Source of the DNA: Chrysomallon squamiferum
Taxonomy: Eukaryota; Animalia; Mollusca
Assembly: GCA_012295275.1 (NCBI GenBank)
Contig: CM022674.1
Location: 16,926,001-16,990,000 of the forward strand
Direction: 5' to 3'
DNA length: 64,000 nt
A model generated the notes under the pieces. That model ran no database searches, was not told the DNA's origin, and was given only the letters and a program-made list of their open reading frames with translations. Positions 1-17,021 of this stretch are shown piece by piece; within the stretch, counting starts at the first letter, position 1; the number at the start of each line of letters is the position of its first letter. A program made the position numbers and the translations under genes.

Positions 1-420
1 GTCTCAGTGAATGCGCTGTGCAAATTGCTGCTGACTTAGTGCTGGTGACCACCGTGTTATACTGTGATAACATACCACAAAAGTAACTGATTTAATCGAT
101 TGGTTTGATGCAGAGTACACAAAAAGGACCACTACGACTATCTCATAATGTTTACAAAACGTTCAATAATGATTGTAGAAACCAGAACAGTACTATGCAC
201 TGCAGACAACTCTGTGACGACTGATCAGATGAGAAAAAAATCTTGACTTAAGTCAGAAAATGCTGAAATGAAAAAAGTGTTCAACTGGTATAGTCACCAA
301 AGACAACATCAAAGACACGGTTGATGTATATAAAAAGAGTAATGTATTGTTTCGAAGTTACAAAGGTATGGAACAGAGGATACCATGTACTCCTGATAAC
401 CGAACACACTTATTATGATA

Positions 421-491
421 TACCGGGGAGCGAAACCAGTACCTACCAGCCTGTTAGCAAATAGCTTAACCACTGCGCCAACAAGGCCGGT
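421..491 (-). mobile_element. tRNA-derived SINE head fragment
   Basis: Reverse complement reads ACCGGCCTTGTTGGCGCAGTGGTTAAGC...GGCTGGTAGGTACTGGTTTCGCTCCCCGGT: A-box-like TGGCGCAGTGG and degenerate B-box GGTTTCGCTCC at tRNA-like spacing; no complete cloverleaf. Confidence 0.6.
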
Positions 492-2136
492 ATTATCATT
501 GTCATCTGTAACTACATGTATAATTTCTTCGTTTAATAAAATGGCCATACTTGATACTTTAGCAAAAATCGCACCCTAACTACGTTTTTGTTTCGTTGAT
601 TGATTACTCTACATTAAGATTGTGTCATGATGTGTGCGTAGGTTATGCATATTCATTTTTATTATGAAATGTCCTGTCGGATTCACTCTTGAAATTGTTG
701 AATTAGATTTAGAAGCCTATAATTCATCCAAAAAGATATAACATTACATATTGATATACATTCATTTTATTTTACTTTATTTATTATTTAAACATTTAAG
801 TGATCACCATTTGGATCAATCTGGAAGAGCGAAATGAAAACCCAAAATAAATCGCTCGTCATTCACACCATTATCTTGGCAGCTGGGCGAACACTTGGAG
901 TGAAGTCTGAATGACATCGTTTTAACGAATCGAAGATTACATAACACATTAGAGAAGGAATAGACTGTTGTAGATGAGATACTAATAATCACCGTCATGA
1001 AATCGTGTCTGAACATTTATTGTGTTTTAAGACTAACAGACGTTTGTGAACAGCAATAACGTGTCAGCTCCTGGCCACTTTTTTTGTGAATACAAAATAC
1101 TTTTAACTTTTGAATCAAGTGGTACTTGTGTTTATTAATAACCAATGGAAAGAAAGTGAAACTAGTGTAAAATAAAAGTATTTATTCACAATATTTGTGA
1201 ATGCGATGTTGCAGTTGAAGTTTACTCCTGTTTTATATCCACAAGCGGATTTCCTTAAGTGGCGGAGACTTTAAGACTGTCAATGTGGAAAATCCTGGAT
1301 GCTCTGATTCTTCCAGGAAACTCTCCAGAAGTCCATCTGTCTCTGTCTCTGTTACTATGTGAATGAAACCTGTTTAGAAGCCTAAATAAAATTAATTATG
1401 AAATTTTAATTCGCAGTTAGTGCCTGCATATACTTATATAACATAACGTTGTTTTACAAATTTAAGCTTACTTTAAACTGATACAGCACCAAAAAAGGAA
1501 ACCGTTGATAAACCATACATCATTTGCTGCAGAATCATCTGCAGAAAATAAATATTTTCCAGGTATTATAAAATACAGATTTTTCGGAATGTGTGAGTTT
1601 TCAAGGAATCCACTAATCAGTGTTCGTTTCGACATATCACTGAAGATGTTAGTAATTGTAGTTATTAGCTACACCAAATTTAAGACCCTACAAATCGTAA
1701 CAGGGTATAAGCAGACCCTATTCGTAATATCAGGGTTTAGGCAGCACACATTCAAATATTCATGGTTTCTTATATCGTAAGATTCATTTGACATCACGAT
1801 CTTCTGTCCTAAGCTTAACTGTTCACCGATAAGCATGGCAAGTTTTGAGCAATCTTCACCAACGTTTTTACTCTGGAATTCAGAAAAGCCCTTTTGAGCT
1901 ATATGTAATACTGTACACTTAATTCGTATATTCTATCTTTATTTATTTTCTGCTGGTTATGTCATATGTATTTAAGCAATCCTTTCCATTTAATCGAAAA
2001 AGTTAAGACAGCATGACATGTATTCAAATCGTGAGCAGGGCAAATATTTTTGTTTTGAGCACACAAATTAAAAAGGGGAGGGTCAATTCGTAAATCACTG
2101 CTGTAGTTAAAGCCCATATCGGTTTTAATTCTTCAG

Positions 2137-2443
2137 TTGCAGCCGTTGTTGGAGGTGTTGTCGGTGTAGGACTGTTGACTGCTGTTGTGGCCGCTGTCAT
2201 TATTTACCACAGGTAAAATAGTGACTAATTCGCGTTAAACTCATTATGTTGTTTTATATACGCACACACGTTCTCATCACAAACAGACACGCAAACACGT
2301 GCAGAAACACATACATGTACGTTTGGTTTAATTAATATGAACTTTATTTTATTTGTTGTTTCATAATAATGACAATAATGATGGAGAAGATGATGGTGAT
2401 GATGATAATAATTTATAATGATAGTAATAACAATAACAATAAC

Positions 2444-2506
<63 letters not shown>

Positions 2507-3279
2507 TTATGATAATAATTATAACAATAATAGTAATAATAATAATTTGTAATGATGATATTAATGGTAGTAATAATAATAATGTATAATGATTTTGATT
2601 ATGATGATGATGATGATACAAAATAACGATGATAACACTGGTAGTAATAATGATGATGATGAGTAAAAATGGTAATAATAACACTGGTAATAATAGAAGT
2701 AGAAGATAGTAGTAGTAGTAGTGGTAATAATAATAATAATAATATATAAGAAGAAGAAGAAGAAGAAGAAGAACTAATATTATTACAATGATAATAGTAA
2801 TAATAATAGTGATAACAGCGATACTAATATTGATGATGATAATAATGATACTACTACTACTACTATTGCTACTACTACTACTACTACTACTAATAATAAT
2901 AAACATTTTCTGCAGAAGAAAGTCAACAAACTGTAAACAGACTTCAAACAACGTCGACGGTAACGTCACCAATGATGTAAGTTACTACAACACTGTTAAC
3001 AACATCAGCGTTAACAATACTCATATCGGAAATGATGATGCGACTCCTAGTCCAGTCAACATCAGTGGTAACGACTACGAACAACTACAACTGAGTCCTG
3101 CACAGTATATTAATACAGCAGTCGACGATGACCATGTTTATCTTCATGTCTCCAACACTGATGCTGAAAGTAGCAATTACGAGCGAATATGTCAGAATGA
3201 AACACAGTATGCTAACACGCCATCTAGTGGTGACGGAAGTCACGTGTATCTTGGAATAAGTAAGTCAAGAGACAAGTGA
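2137..3279 (+). CDS. 3' end of a type I membrane receptor: TM exon plus terminal exon encoding a tyrosine-motif-rich cytoplasmic tail
   Basis: Exon 2137-2212 (ttcttcag/...AG/gtaaaa) encodes AAVVGGVVGVGLLTAVVAAVIIYHR. It splices in frame to exon 2916-3279 (tctgcag/): RKSTNCKQ...YYNT...YEQL...YINT...VYLHV...YERI...YANT...VYLGISKSRDK-stop. Ectodomain exons not confidently found. Confidence 0.8.
2365..2900. repeat. compound trinucleotide microsatellite (AAT/GAT/GTA/AAG/CTA) in intron
   Basis: Directly visible low-complexity runs; source of spurious ORF 2361..2972. Confidence 0.95.
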
Positions 3280-4883
3280 AACATTATGATTGCACCGCGT
3301 GCAGTATTGAGAACATATAAACAAAACATAGTTATAATAATAACGATAATTATAACATAATCCGCAAGATTACTCTTTCAATGACAATATGAAAATTTCA
3401 GGAACGTTTATACAAAAGTGATTTTTGTTGTAGAAAATATATGTCGAAATGTTATTGTATTTGGTCTAAATGTACAATACTATGGTATATATTTATTTCT
3501 CTGAAAAGTTAAAAATGTCCACTTAAATATACAGAGTGATATTTTCTGAGTCTCAATATTGAACCGTGTACCAGTTTATATAGGAAGCTTGACGTTATTA
3601 ACTTTAAATAAAGTTCTAACATTTTTAATTGGCGCAAAACATTTACTTGAACACACGAATATATACTTCATAAACACATTCATCTAATATTAGAAGCATA
3701 ATATAAGCTATTACAGAAGCATTCATACTATGGTTATAAGATAACAACATTTATAATATACGAGACAGTTTATACTCTTTACAGTTAGCAATGTTTGCCC
3801 AAATTGTAAACATTTTTACTGTAACATTTATAGACAATGGATATCTGCACAATTCACCATAAACCATATATCTTGGTGTTGACTTGTTAAAACATACTAT
3901 ATATTTGATAAACGTGAGATGATATCTTTCAGTTATATTGCAATATTGAAAACTCCTGATTTCTGTGCTTATAACAATATTGGTTTTACAATTTTGTCAA
4001 ACTAATCTAACTAACAGTCGATTGATAAACCTCAGCAACAATTTCTATTTCAATATGTTTATATATAAATCTGTTTTTAATTTTCCTGTGGAAAGAAAAT
4101 CATAATTTTTGACATGGCAGCATTAACTTTTAATTTCCACGTTTTACAATTCATTTCAAGACAGTCCACGTGATGTTGTAAATCATCTGTTCCTTCTCCT
4201 AATTGTACAGTATCATCAGGATATAACTGCACAAATAACTTCAGATATGCATTAATATTTTAGCAAGAAAATCTGTTACCGATTTAATACCTTTTCAGTT
4301 TTATTTAGGAAAACAATCTCTAAAATCATTTAAGAATAATGCAAATAAAAAAGATGACGTTTTCCCCCTTGCCTTATTCCGTTATTGCAAGGAAAATATT
4401 CTGATTCAATTCTTGATTTTATACCGTCGCACATTTTAAATATTATTCTGGAACATTGCCACTATTTCCACAACAATTATTACTAGCCCTACTATTTCTA
4501 AATATTATTCTAGATTACTTCCAATACTTTTTCCAGTACAACAATATTTCTAACTTTTATTACTAGCCCATTATTAGCCCTAATATTTCTATTACTATTT
4601 TATTACTAGCCCCCTGTTTACCATTATCCATTACTACTACTACTATTACTAACCCTACTATACTGTTATTATAGCCCCACAGTTCCATTACCACTACTAC
4701 TATTATTATTAGTAATACCATTTCCACTGCTATTATTACGAGCCTTTACTATCCCTACTATTTCCAGTACTAGTGTTATTACTAACTCTACTACTGTTGA
4801 CGTTTACCTAACTTACCTTGATATCCACCTGCACTTACCTTAATTACTGACATCACCTGGAATGAGAAATCAAATATAAATTA

Positions 4884-4963
4884 TCCGAGCGGAGCAAGGA
4901 TTCGAACTCCAAGCAGCGAGCGTAGCTAGCGTGAACTCTAACCACGACACCATCCGATCTCGG
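4884..4963 (-). ncRNA. tRNA-like Pol III module (A/B box), left arm of palindrome copy 1
   Basis: Reverse complement CCGAGATCGGATGGTGTCGTGGTTAGAGTTCACGCTAGCTACGCTCGCTGCTTGGAGTTCGAATCCTTGCTCCGCTCGG: A-box-like TGGTGTCGTGG, B-box GAGTTCGAATCC, pairing termini CCGAG/CTCGG; no canonical anticodon arm. Confidence 0.5.
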
Positions 4964-5377
4964 TCGAGCAACATATGAAAATAACTTCTAGTCAATCCTG
5001 CGATTGATGTTGTGCTGTCGATTTTGGGTTATCTCCCAACATGGCGATTATCTGCAGAAGCCGTCATTTTCATTTTATTTTGTCTGACTATTTTAAATAT
5101 AAATCCACACATTCGTTAATATTTAGCATATAAAATAAAATATTTAATAAAATAAACATTTATATAAAATTTAAAAAATTGCATTACATAGTTTCTAAAA
5201 ATAAACATGATGTCATTATTCCCGGAAGTTATATAATTCTTATAGTATTGCAGGATATTATGCAAATTCCGAAAATGGCGGCTTCTACAGATAATCGCCA
5301 TGTTGGGAGGTAACTCCAAATCGATTGCACAACATCGATCGCAGGATTGACTAGAAGTTTTTTTCGTATGGTTGTCG

Positions 5378-5458
5378 TCCGAGATCGGATGGTGTCGTGG
5401 TTAGCGTTCACGCTAGCTACGCTCGCTGTTTGAAGTTCAAATCCTTGCTCCGCTCGGA
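5378..5458 (+). ncRNA. tRNA-like Pol III module (A/B box), right arm of palindrome copy 1
   Basis: TCCGAGATCGGATGGTGTCGTGGTTAGCGTTC...GAAGTTCAAATCCTTGCTCCGCTCGGA; mirror of 4884-4963. Confidence 0.5.
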
Positions 5459-6282
5459 TAATTTACCTTTCCTTTGTCGGTCATCAGGTAATTAAGGTAA
5501 ATTAAGGGGAACATCAAGATAAGTTAGATAAAGGTAATAATAGTAGTACTGGAAATAGTAGGGTTAGTAATAATAATAGTAGTAGTAGTGGAAACAGTAA
5601 TAGTAGTGCTGGAAATAGTAGGGCTACTAATAATAGTAATAATAATTGTGGAAACAGTAGGGCTAGTAATAATAGTTGTGAGAATAGTAGAGCTAGTAAT
5701 AATTGTAGTACTGGAAATAGTACGGCTACTAATAATAGTAATAATAATTGTGGAAATAGTAGGGCTAGTAATAATAGTTGTGGAAACAGTAGGGCTAGTA
5801 ATAATAGTTGTGGAAATAGTACGGCTACTAATAATAGTAATAATAATTGTTGAAATAGTAGTGCTAGTAATAACAGTAGTATTGGAAATAGTAGGGTCAG
5901 TAATAATAGTAGTTGAAACAGTAATAGTAGTGCTGGAAATAGTAAGAATATTAATAGTAGGACTGCTTTGGATAGAGTAAGCTAATAACAGTGGAATTGG
6001 AAATAGTCGGGCTATTAATAATAGTAGTAGTATTAGAAATGGTAGAGCTGGTAATAATTGTTGTGGAAATAGTAGGAATAGTAATAGTAGTAGTATTGGA
6101 AACAGTAGAGCTGGTAATAATAGTTGTGGAAATAGTAAACCATATTCATGATGTATTTAATATTGTATAATACTATAAATCTTTCAAGTCTGCACCTCAA
6201 GGTTTTCTTTGACTGCATCCACTTCAAACCTCTTGACACTTTATATAACTCGGCATAACTCATCGTCTTGACTTTATTTTGC

Positions 6283-6855
6283 ATATTATCATAACACTAA
6301 TGATCAAATTTAAATGATCCTAGCTCTAACCCTAACCCTAACCGTAGCTTAACATCCAAACCTAATCCTATGGAGGTTGGGAACATTAATTCTTACGCTT
6401 ACTCTAATTCAAATCGATACCCTCAGTTTATTTTGGACATTATCATAACACTAAAAATAAAATTTAAATGACTCCAGCTCTAATTCTAACCCTAACACTA
6501 ATCCTAGGTGAAGTTGTAAACCTAATCCTACCCACGTCCTCAATATTAATTCTTACTCTAACTCTACTTTGAGTGGTGACTCTGATATTACTTTGCACAT
6601 TATCACAACACTCATAATAAAATTACAATAACCCTTCCTCTGTCCGTAATCCTAACCCTAACCTTAAACCTAACCTTAACCCTAACCCTAACTCTATCCT
6701 TAGCTCAACTTCTAAACCTAATCCTACCGAGGTCCCCAACTTTAAATCTTACCCTAACGCTACTTCCAGTTGTGACACTCAAATTATTTTGAAGTTTATC
6801 ATAACATTTATAATAAAATTAAAAAATCCTAACTCTAACTCTAACCCTAACCCTA
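6283..6855 (+). repeat. satellite of about 155-195 bp units containing telomere-type (TAACCC)n hexamers
   Basis: Units begin TTATCA(T/C)AACA at about 6286, 6440, 6600 and 6796; each carries CTAACCCTAA runs, and the three complete units also carry an AAACCTAATCCTA motif. Confidence 0.8.
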
Positions 6856-7501
6856 TATCACGGTGCAAACAATGACGTCCTTTACCAAATCAAGTTTTAA
6901 CTTTTTGGACTTCATACGAGTAAACAATATATTATGTTCTCTCAACCGCTCCGATCGACAAAGAATTCATAAAGAAGTGTAGCAGGTCAAGCATGAATTG
7001 TGTATTTCTGTAATTCCTGGAATCGATGTGGACATGGAACAAGTATGATGGACGGGGAAGGCGAAACTGACAACCAGCAGATAGGAAAAGTATGTCAGGT
7101 ATTCAGGAGCTGAGCATACTAGTTTATATTAGCTGATAGATATAGTCTGCTACACACAACGTGGTTTTGTTCATCCAAATGTAATTCAGAATGGGCGGTA
7201 CTCAGAATCTATCTTTGTTTATTTGCTTATAAAATATTGCCCAGCATTTTCTACTTTAGCAAACACCATGAATTTGTTTTATTTCAACTGAAACTTCGCC
7301 AGTTCTAGTACAATCGATCCGCCTTTGAAACGGACCGTAACAGTTAATTAAATAAACTGATAAGAAAATCAGTTATATTTTTAATCTTTATTACCAATAT
7401 TTTATTTCTGCTCTCTAAAGAAGTAGGCCAGATATGTATATCGGAAAAAAAGAAGTTTTAAATGTAACAAGGGAACCTTTATCACGAGAGACAAGAAGAA
7501 G

Positions 7502-11160
<3,659 letters not shown>

Positions 11161-11196
11161 ACATATTAAGCAATGTAACTGAACGAAGTACAACAA

Positions 11197-11396
11197 NNNN
11201 NNNNNNNNNNNNNNNNNNNNNNNNNNNNNNNNNNNNNNNNNNNNNNNNNNNNNNNNNNNNNNNNNNNNNNNNNNNNNNNNNNNNNNNNNNNNNNNNNNNN
11301 NNNNNNNNNNNNNNNNNNNNNNNNNNNNNNNNNNNNNNNNNNNNNNNNNNNNNNNNNNNNNNNNNNNNNNNNNNNNNNNNNNNNNNNNNNNNNNNN
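11197..11396. other. assembly gap
   Basis: Run of 200 N. Confidence 1.
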
Positions 11397-11685
11397 CACT
11401 GATTGTGTTCTATCACTTTCTAAACGTCAAGAATTGTATTACATTCACACGAAATGTCTATTCTCAGCACGACACTAAAAAATACTCTCTCTGTGTTTGT
11501 CTTTATAACAAAGCAAATCTCACATTGATTATACTAGTAAAGCGAATACTGTCCTCCATTGTCAGTAAAACTAGAACCACAGTTGGTAGAAACAACCTTA
11601 ATCACGGACTTTTCTACTGAATTTATTATTGATATATCTTAATAACCTGTTTTTAAACGTTTATAATCTAATATAATCTTCATTG

Positions 11686-14630
11686 TTTATTATTACTAAC
11701 CCTACTATTTCCACAACTATTATTACTAGCTCTACTATTTCCAATAGTACTATTATTACTAGCCCTACTATTTCGAATACTACTATTATTACTAGCCCTA
11801 CTATTACGAATACTACTATTATTACTAACCCTACTATTTCCAGTACTACTGTTATTACTATTATTACTAGCCCTACTATTTCCAATACTACTATTATTAC
11901 TAGCCCTACTATTTCCACAACTATTATTACTAGCCCTACTATTTCCAATACAACTATTATTACTAGCCCTACTATTTCCAATATTACTACTATTATTACT
12001 AGCCCTACTATTTCCAATACTACTATTATTACTAGCCCTACTATTTCCAATACTACTTTTATTTAGCCCAATACTATTATTATTATTATTACTATTTTAG
12101 CCCTACTATTTCCAATACTACTATTATTACTAGCCCTACTATATCCATTACTACTACTATTACTAACACTATTATTTATACAACTATTATTATTTATAGT
12201 AGCCCTACTATTTTTACTATTTCCCAACAACTATTATTATTACTACTAACCCTACCATTTATTTATTACTAGCCCTACTATTTTTTTATTATTACTAGCC
12301 CTACTATTTCCATTACTACTGTTATTACTAGCCCTACTATTTCCAGTACTACTACTACTATTATTACTAGCCCCTACTATTTCCACAACTATTATTACTA
12401 GCCCTACTATTTCCAATACTATTATTATTACTTAGCCTCTATTATTATTATTTCCTACAATACTACTGTTATTACTAGCCCTACTATTTCCAATTAACTA
12501 TTTATTTAGCCCTACTATTTATTTCAACTATTTTACTACTTGTTATTACTATTATTACTACTATTTCCAATACTACTATTATTACTATTACATTACTTAT
12601 TATTACTAGCCCTACTATTTCCTACTATTAATTTCCACAACTATTATTACTAGCCCTACTATTTCCAATACTACTATTATTACTAGCCCTACTATTTCCA
12701 ATACTACTATTATTACTAGCCCTACTATTTCCACAACTATTATTACTAGCCCTACTATTTCCACAACTATTTCCACAACTATTATTACTATTTCCACTAC
12801 TATTATTACTAGCCCTACTATTTCCAATACTACTATTATTATTATTTCTGTTACTACTATTATTATTACTATTTCCACAACTATTATTACTAGCCCTATT
12901 ATTTACAGTACTACTTATTATTATTACTATTTTATTTTCCACTACTATTATTACTAGCCCTACTATTTCCAATACTACTATTATTACTAGCCCTACTATT
13001 TCCAATACTACTATTATTACTAGCCCTACTATTTTTACAATACTACTATTATTATTACTAGCCCTACTATTTCCACAACTATTATTACTAGCCCTACTAT
13101 TTCCAATACAACTATTATTACTAGCCCTACTATTTCCACAACTATTATTACTATTATTACTAGCCCTACTATTTCCAATACTACTATTATTACTAGCCCT
13201 ACTATTTCCACAACTATTATTACTAGCCCTACTATTTCCAATACTACTATTATTACTAGCCCTACTATTTCCACAACTACTATTATTACTAGCCCTACTA
13301 TTTCCACAACTATTATTACTAGCCCTACTATTTCCAATACTACTATTATTTATTATTATTAGCCTTATTTATATCCAATGCAACTATTATTACTAGCCCT
13401 ACTATTTTCAACAACTATTATTACTAGCCTATTATTACTAGCCCCTATATTTCCTACTACTATTATTACTAACCCAATTATTTCTACAACTATTATTACT
13501 AGCCCTACTATTTCCACAACTATTTCCACAACTATTATTACTATTACTACTACCCCTACTATTTCCAATACTACTATTATTACTAGCCCTACTATTTCCA
13601 ATACTACTATTATTACGTTTATCTAACTTATCTTGATGTTCCCCTTAATTTACCTTAATTACCTGATGACCGACATGACCTGGAACGAGAAAGGAAAGTT
13701 AAATTATCCGATCGGAGCGAGGATTTGAACTCCAAGCAGCGAGCGTAGCTAGCGTGAACGCTAACCACGACACCATCCGATCTCGGACGACCACCATACG
13801 AAAAAAACTTCTAGTCAATCCTGCGACTGATGTTGTGCAATCGATTTGGAGTTACCTCCCAATATGGCGATTTGTAGAAGCCGCCATTTTCGGAATTTGC
13901 ATAATATCCTGCAATACTATAAGAATTATATAACTTCCGGGAATAATGACATCATGTTTATTTTTAGAAACTATGTAATGCAATTCTTTTAATTTTATAT
14001 AAATGTTTATTTTATTAAATATTTTATTTTATATGCTAAATATTAACGAATGTGTGGATTTATATTTAAAATAGTCAGATAAAATAAAATGAAAATGACG
14101 GCTTCTGCAGATAATCGCCATGTTGGGAGATAACCCAAAATCGACTGCACAACATCGATCGCAGGATTGACTAGAAGTTATTTTCGTATGTTGATCGTCC
14201 GAGATCGGATGGTGTCGTGGTTAGAGTTCACGCTCGCTACGCTCGCTGCTTGGAGTTCGAATCCTTGCACCCTCGGATAATTTACATTTGATTTCTCATT
14301 CCAGGTGATGTCGGTAATTAAGGTAAGTTCAGGTGGATATCAAGGTAAGTTAGATAAACGTCAACAGTAGTAGAGTTAGTAATAATAGTAGTATTGGAAA
14401 TTGTAGGGCTAGTAATAATTGTAGTATTGGTACTGGAACAAGTATTGGAAGTAATAACAGTAGTACTGGATATAGTAGAGTTAGTAATAATAGCAGTAGT
14501 AGTAATGGAAAAAGTAGGGCTAGTAATAATAGTAGAAATGGAAATGGTAGAGCTAGTAATAATAGTAGTAATAATAGTAGTAGTAATGGAAATATTAGGG
14601 CTAGTAATAATAGTAGTACTGAATATAGTA
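11686..14630. mobile_element. foldback-like palindromic element, copy 2 (inverted relative to copy 1)
   Basis: Minisatellite 11686-13615, inner arm 13616-13891, core 13892-14090 (reverse complement of core 5072-5270), inner arm 14091-14361, minisatellite 14362-14630. tRNA-like modules at 13707-13787 (-) and 14198-14277 (+, B-box GGAGTTCGAATCC). Confidence 0.7.
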
Positions 14631-15771
14631 TATACAGACAAGTATCTACCCATCACGTCTGTCTTGCACATATCTACATATCTACACACAAAAACGCACA
14701 CTGACAGAGAGAGTTATAGTATATGTATATGTTTGTGTATATATGCGTGTATGTACACACAAAAATAATATACTTACATGCATTACACACACACACACAC
14801 ACACACACCGTGCACTCGGCGAAAAATAACCTTGGACTAACCGAGATTTGTATATAAATTAGTATACAAACGCTGTAAATCACGAACCCCTCCTAATATA
14901 CAACACACAGCAGTAGTGATGCTCTTTTTAATTGCATCTCACTATAAACATTCCTTGTATGAACAACATATATTTCACGTTAGAATTTTTTTTCGCACAT
15001 ATTCAAGTAAAGTATGTCTGTTAAATAGCAAGAAAAAGTATTTCTTTCCGCCGGAACCTCAAAGTTTGAGATTTTTCTGATTTTCTTTTTAGCTGCAGCT
15101 ACAAAAAGCTCTAGTCCCATACTTGTGATACACAACTCAAAACTAAAAAGAGCGACAGTCTGATTTGAAATTATTTACAGACCAGCTTCCTTCATAAACA
15201 ATAATTAATTAAATTACTGATAACACCTACTGTAGTAGTCAGAAACGGTATGTATATAAACATTTCCCCTCTGACTGAGATTCAGTCTATGCCAGTGGTG
15301 TCTCAGAAGATAGCATTAACAGGGATGCTATGCAGGGGAGGGGGCATTTCCTAGCAAATTACAAACCCTGGGATGTGCGATTTCCAGGGGTTTGTAATTA
15401 ACTGCTACACCGGCACGTTTCAGTTTCCCTTCCACCTACTGCTAATCTGTTCTGAACAAAACAGTGGCTAATCCGGATGCTGTCTACTTCAGATACTGGG
15501 TGTAAATTCCAGAACAAAACAACAATTGATATAGTAATTAGCATTGTGAAAAGCCACACACAGTTTTTCGAGTGCGATTACTTCTTAAACGCTGACTGCA
15601 ATTTACATGTAATTAATAACCGTGTGCTGACGTTTTGTCTCTGTTTAAATATATAAATATATATATAAACATACACAGACAGGTGTCTACCCGTCACGTC
15701 TGTCTTGAACAATCAGAGCAGTATTCACTCTTTATTAAACATATCTACACACACGCACACAAAACACACAC

Positions 15772-15852
<81 letters not shown>

Positions 15853-15969
15853 GAGAGAGAGAGTTATACAAAGTCAAAGAGATAAAACAAGCCTACTTTT
15901 TCGTAAATACAAATAAACCAATTCACGAAAACGTAACACTTATATATAAAAACAAGAAACTTGTACAAT

Positions 15970-16000
<31 letters not shown>

Positions 16001-17021
16001 TGTACAGTTTGAAATTCTCTAAGGTGATCTTCTGTATATCAAACGGAACCGCTGCCGCCGATTGTCTATCTTCATCACAGTGTATGTGTGTACGTACACT
16101 AAAATGAGAATAGATATCGTGTTTCATACATTAACTCAGCATATGTAAAACTAAAAAGAGCTCTTGGAAACATTGTACGACTTTTCTTTCATTATGTTAA
16201 TATTGTTTTGGTTTCTCTAGATTTACACCGCTTCTCGATATCTTGAATAAATGTTTTGTCGAACCAGTCTGTCTGAAAATCATGAATATAAAAACAACGT
16301 ACAGGCCAGTATGAATAATGCAAGTTATCGCTTCGCTGGTTTTCATAATCTTCCAGTTCACTCGATCATATCGTGATGTTTTAAAACGAAACAGTACTCT
16401 TTGCCAGTGTCTTTGTTTGAAATATCAAACAGTTTTAATAATAATAATAATAGTGATACTACTACACACACATACACACATGCACACACATACACTCTCA
16501 CGCACAAAAAGACCCCCACACAAACATACATACACACACACACATTAATACGGTGCCGTCTCAGAAAAACGGACTTTGACTAACCCGGATTTTTATGTAA
16601 AGTTTAGAACAAAATAACAGTTTATATAGAAATTAGTATTGTCAACAGCTGCACTCAAAATACACAGAGAAAACAAACAAAAAACCCAGAGATGTGTAAA
16701 TACCAGTCATCTCTGTCATGTACAACAACATTATTCACTCATTCTTTAACATATCTACACACACACAGCAACACACATTGAGAGAGTGAGAGAGATTTAA
16801 ATACCCATTCTCTCTGGTTAAGACGCAAAGACAAGTATTTATTCTTTTTTAAAGATATCTATATAGACGCAAGCACACACGAACACACTCATACAGGTTT
16901 AAAAATAGAGAGGCTAAGAGATACAAAGTTAAAGCGATAAACAAATCTCCTTTTGTAAATACAGACAAACCAATTCATAAAACATAACATTTATCTATAA
17001 AGCAAGGAACTTCTATAATTG
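14630..17021 (+). repeat. three diverged copies of a local repeat (about 14630-14720, 15670-15970, 16685-17021)
   Basis: Shared blocks ACAGACA(A/G)GT(A/G)TCTACCC.TCACGTCTGTCTTG, ACATATCTACACACA and AAACCAATTCA..AAAC(G/A)TAACA. Confidence 0.6.

Larger units (their letters stand above)
4453..6138. mobile_element. foldback-like palindromic element, copy 1: minisatellite arm - tRNA-like module - AT core - tRNA-like module - minisatellite arm
   Basis: 4800-5071 is an imperfect inverted repeat of 5271-5533 around a spacer of about 200 bp. The outer arms are tandem (ACTATTATTACTAGCCCTACTATTTCCA)n on the left and its reverse complement on the right. A second full copy lies at 11686-14630. Mobility is inferred; no TSD or transposase seen. 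Confidence 0.7.

Noticed and set aside
100-1110. Possible decayed Ig-domain exons upstream of the TM exon (VLCTADNSV; IPCTPDN; LCFKTNRRL*TAITCQ)
   Set aside because: Multiple stops, no clean splice sites, and only short Cys-containing resemblances; needs a profile search.
11686-13615. CRISPR-like array
   Set aside because: Eukaryotic context, with contiguous tandem units and no unique spacers.
13660-13700. Hammerhead-like CTGATGA...GAAA in the palindrome arm
   Set aside because: No convincing stems, and the motif is absent from the opposite arm type.
14198-14277. Functional tRNA gene
   Set aside because: A and B boxes are present, but I could not form canonical D and anticodon arms; treated as tRNA-like only.
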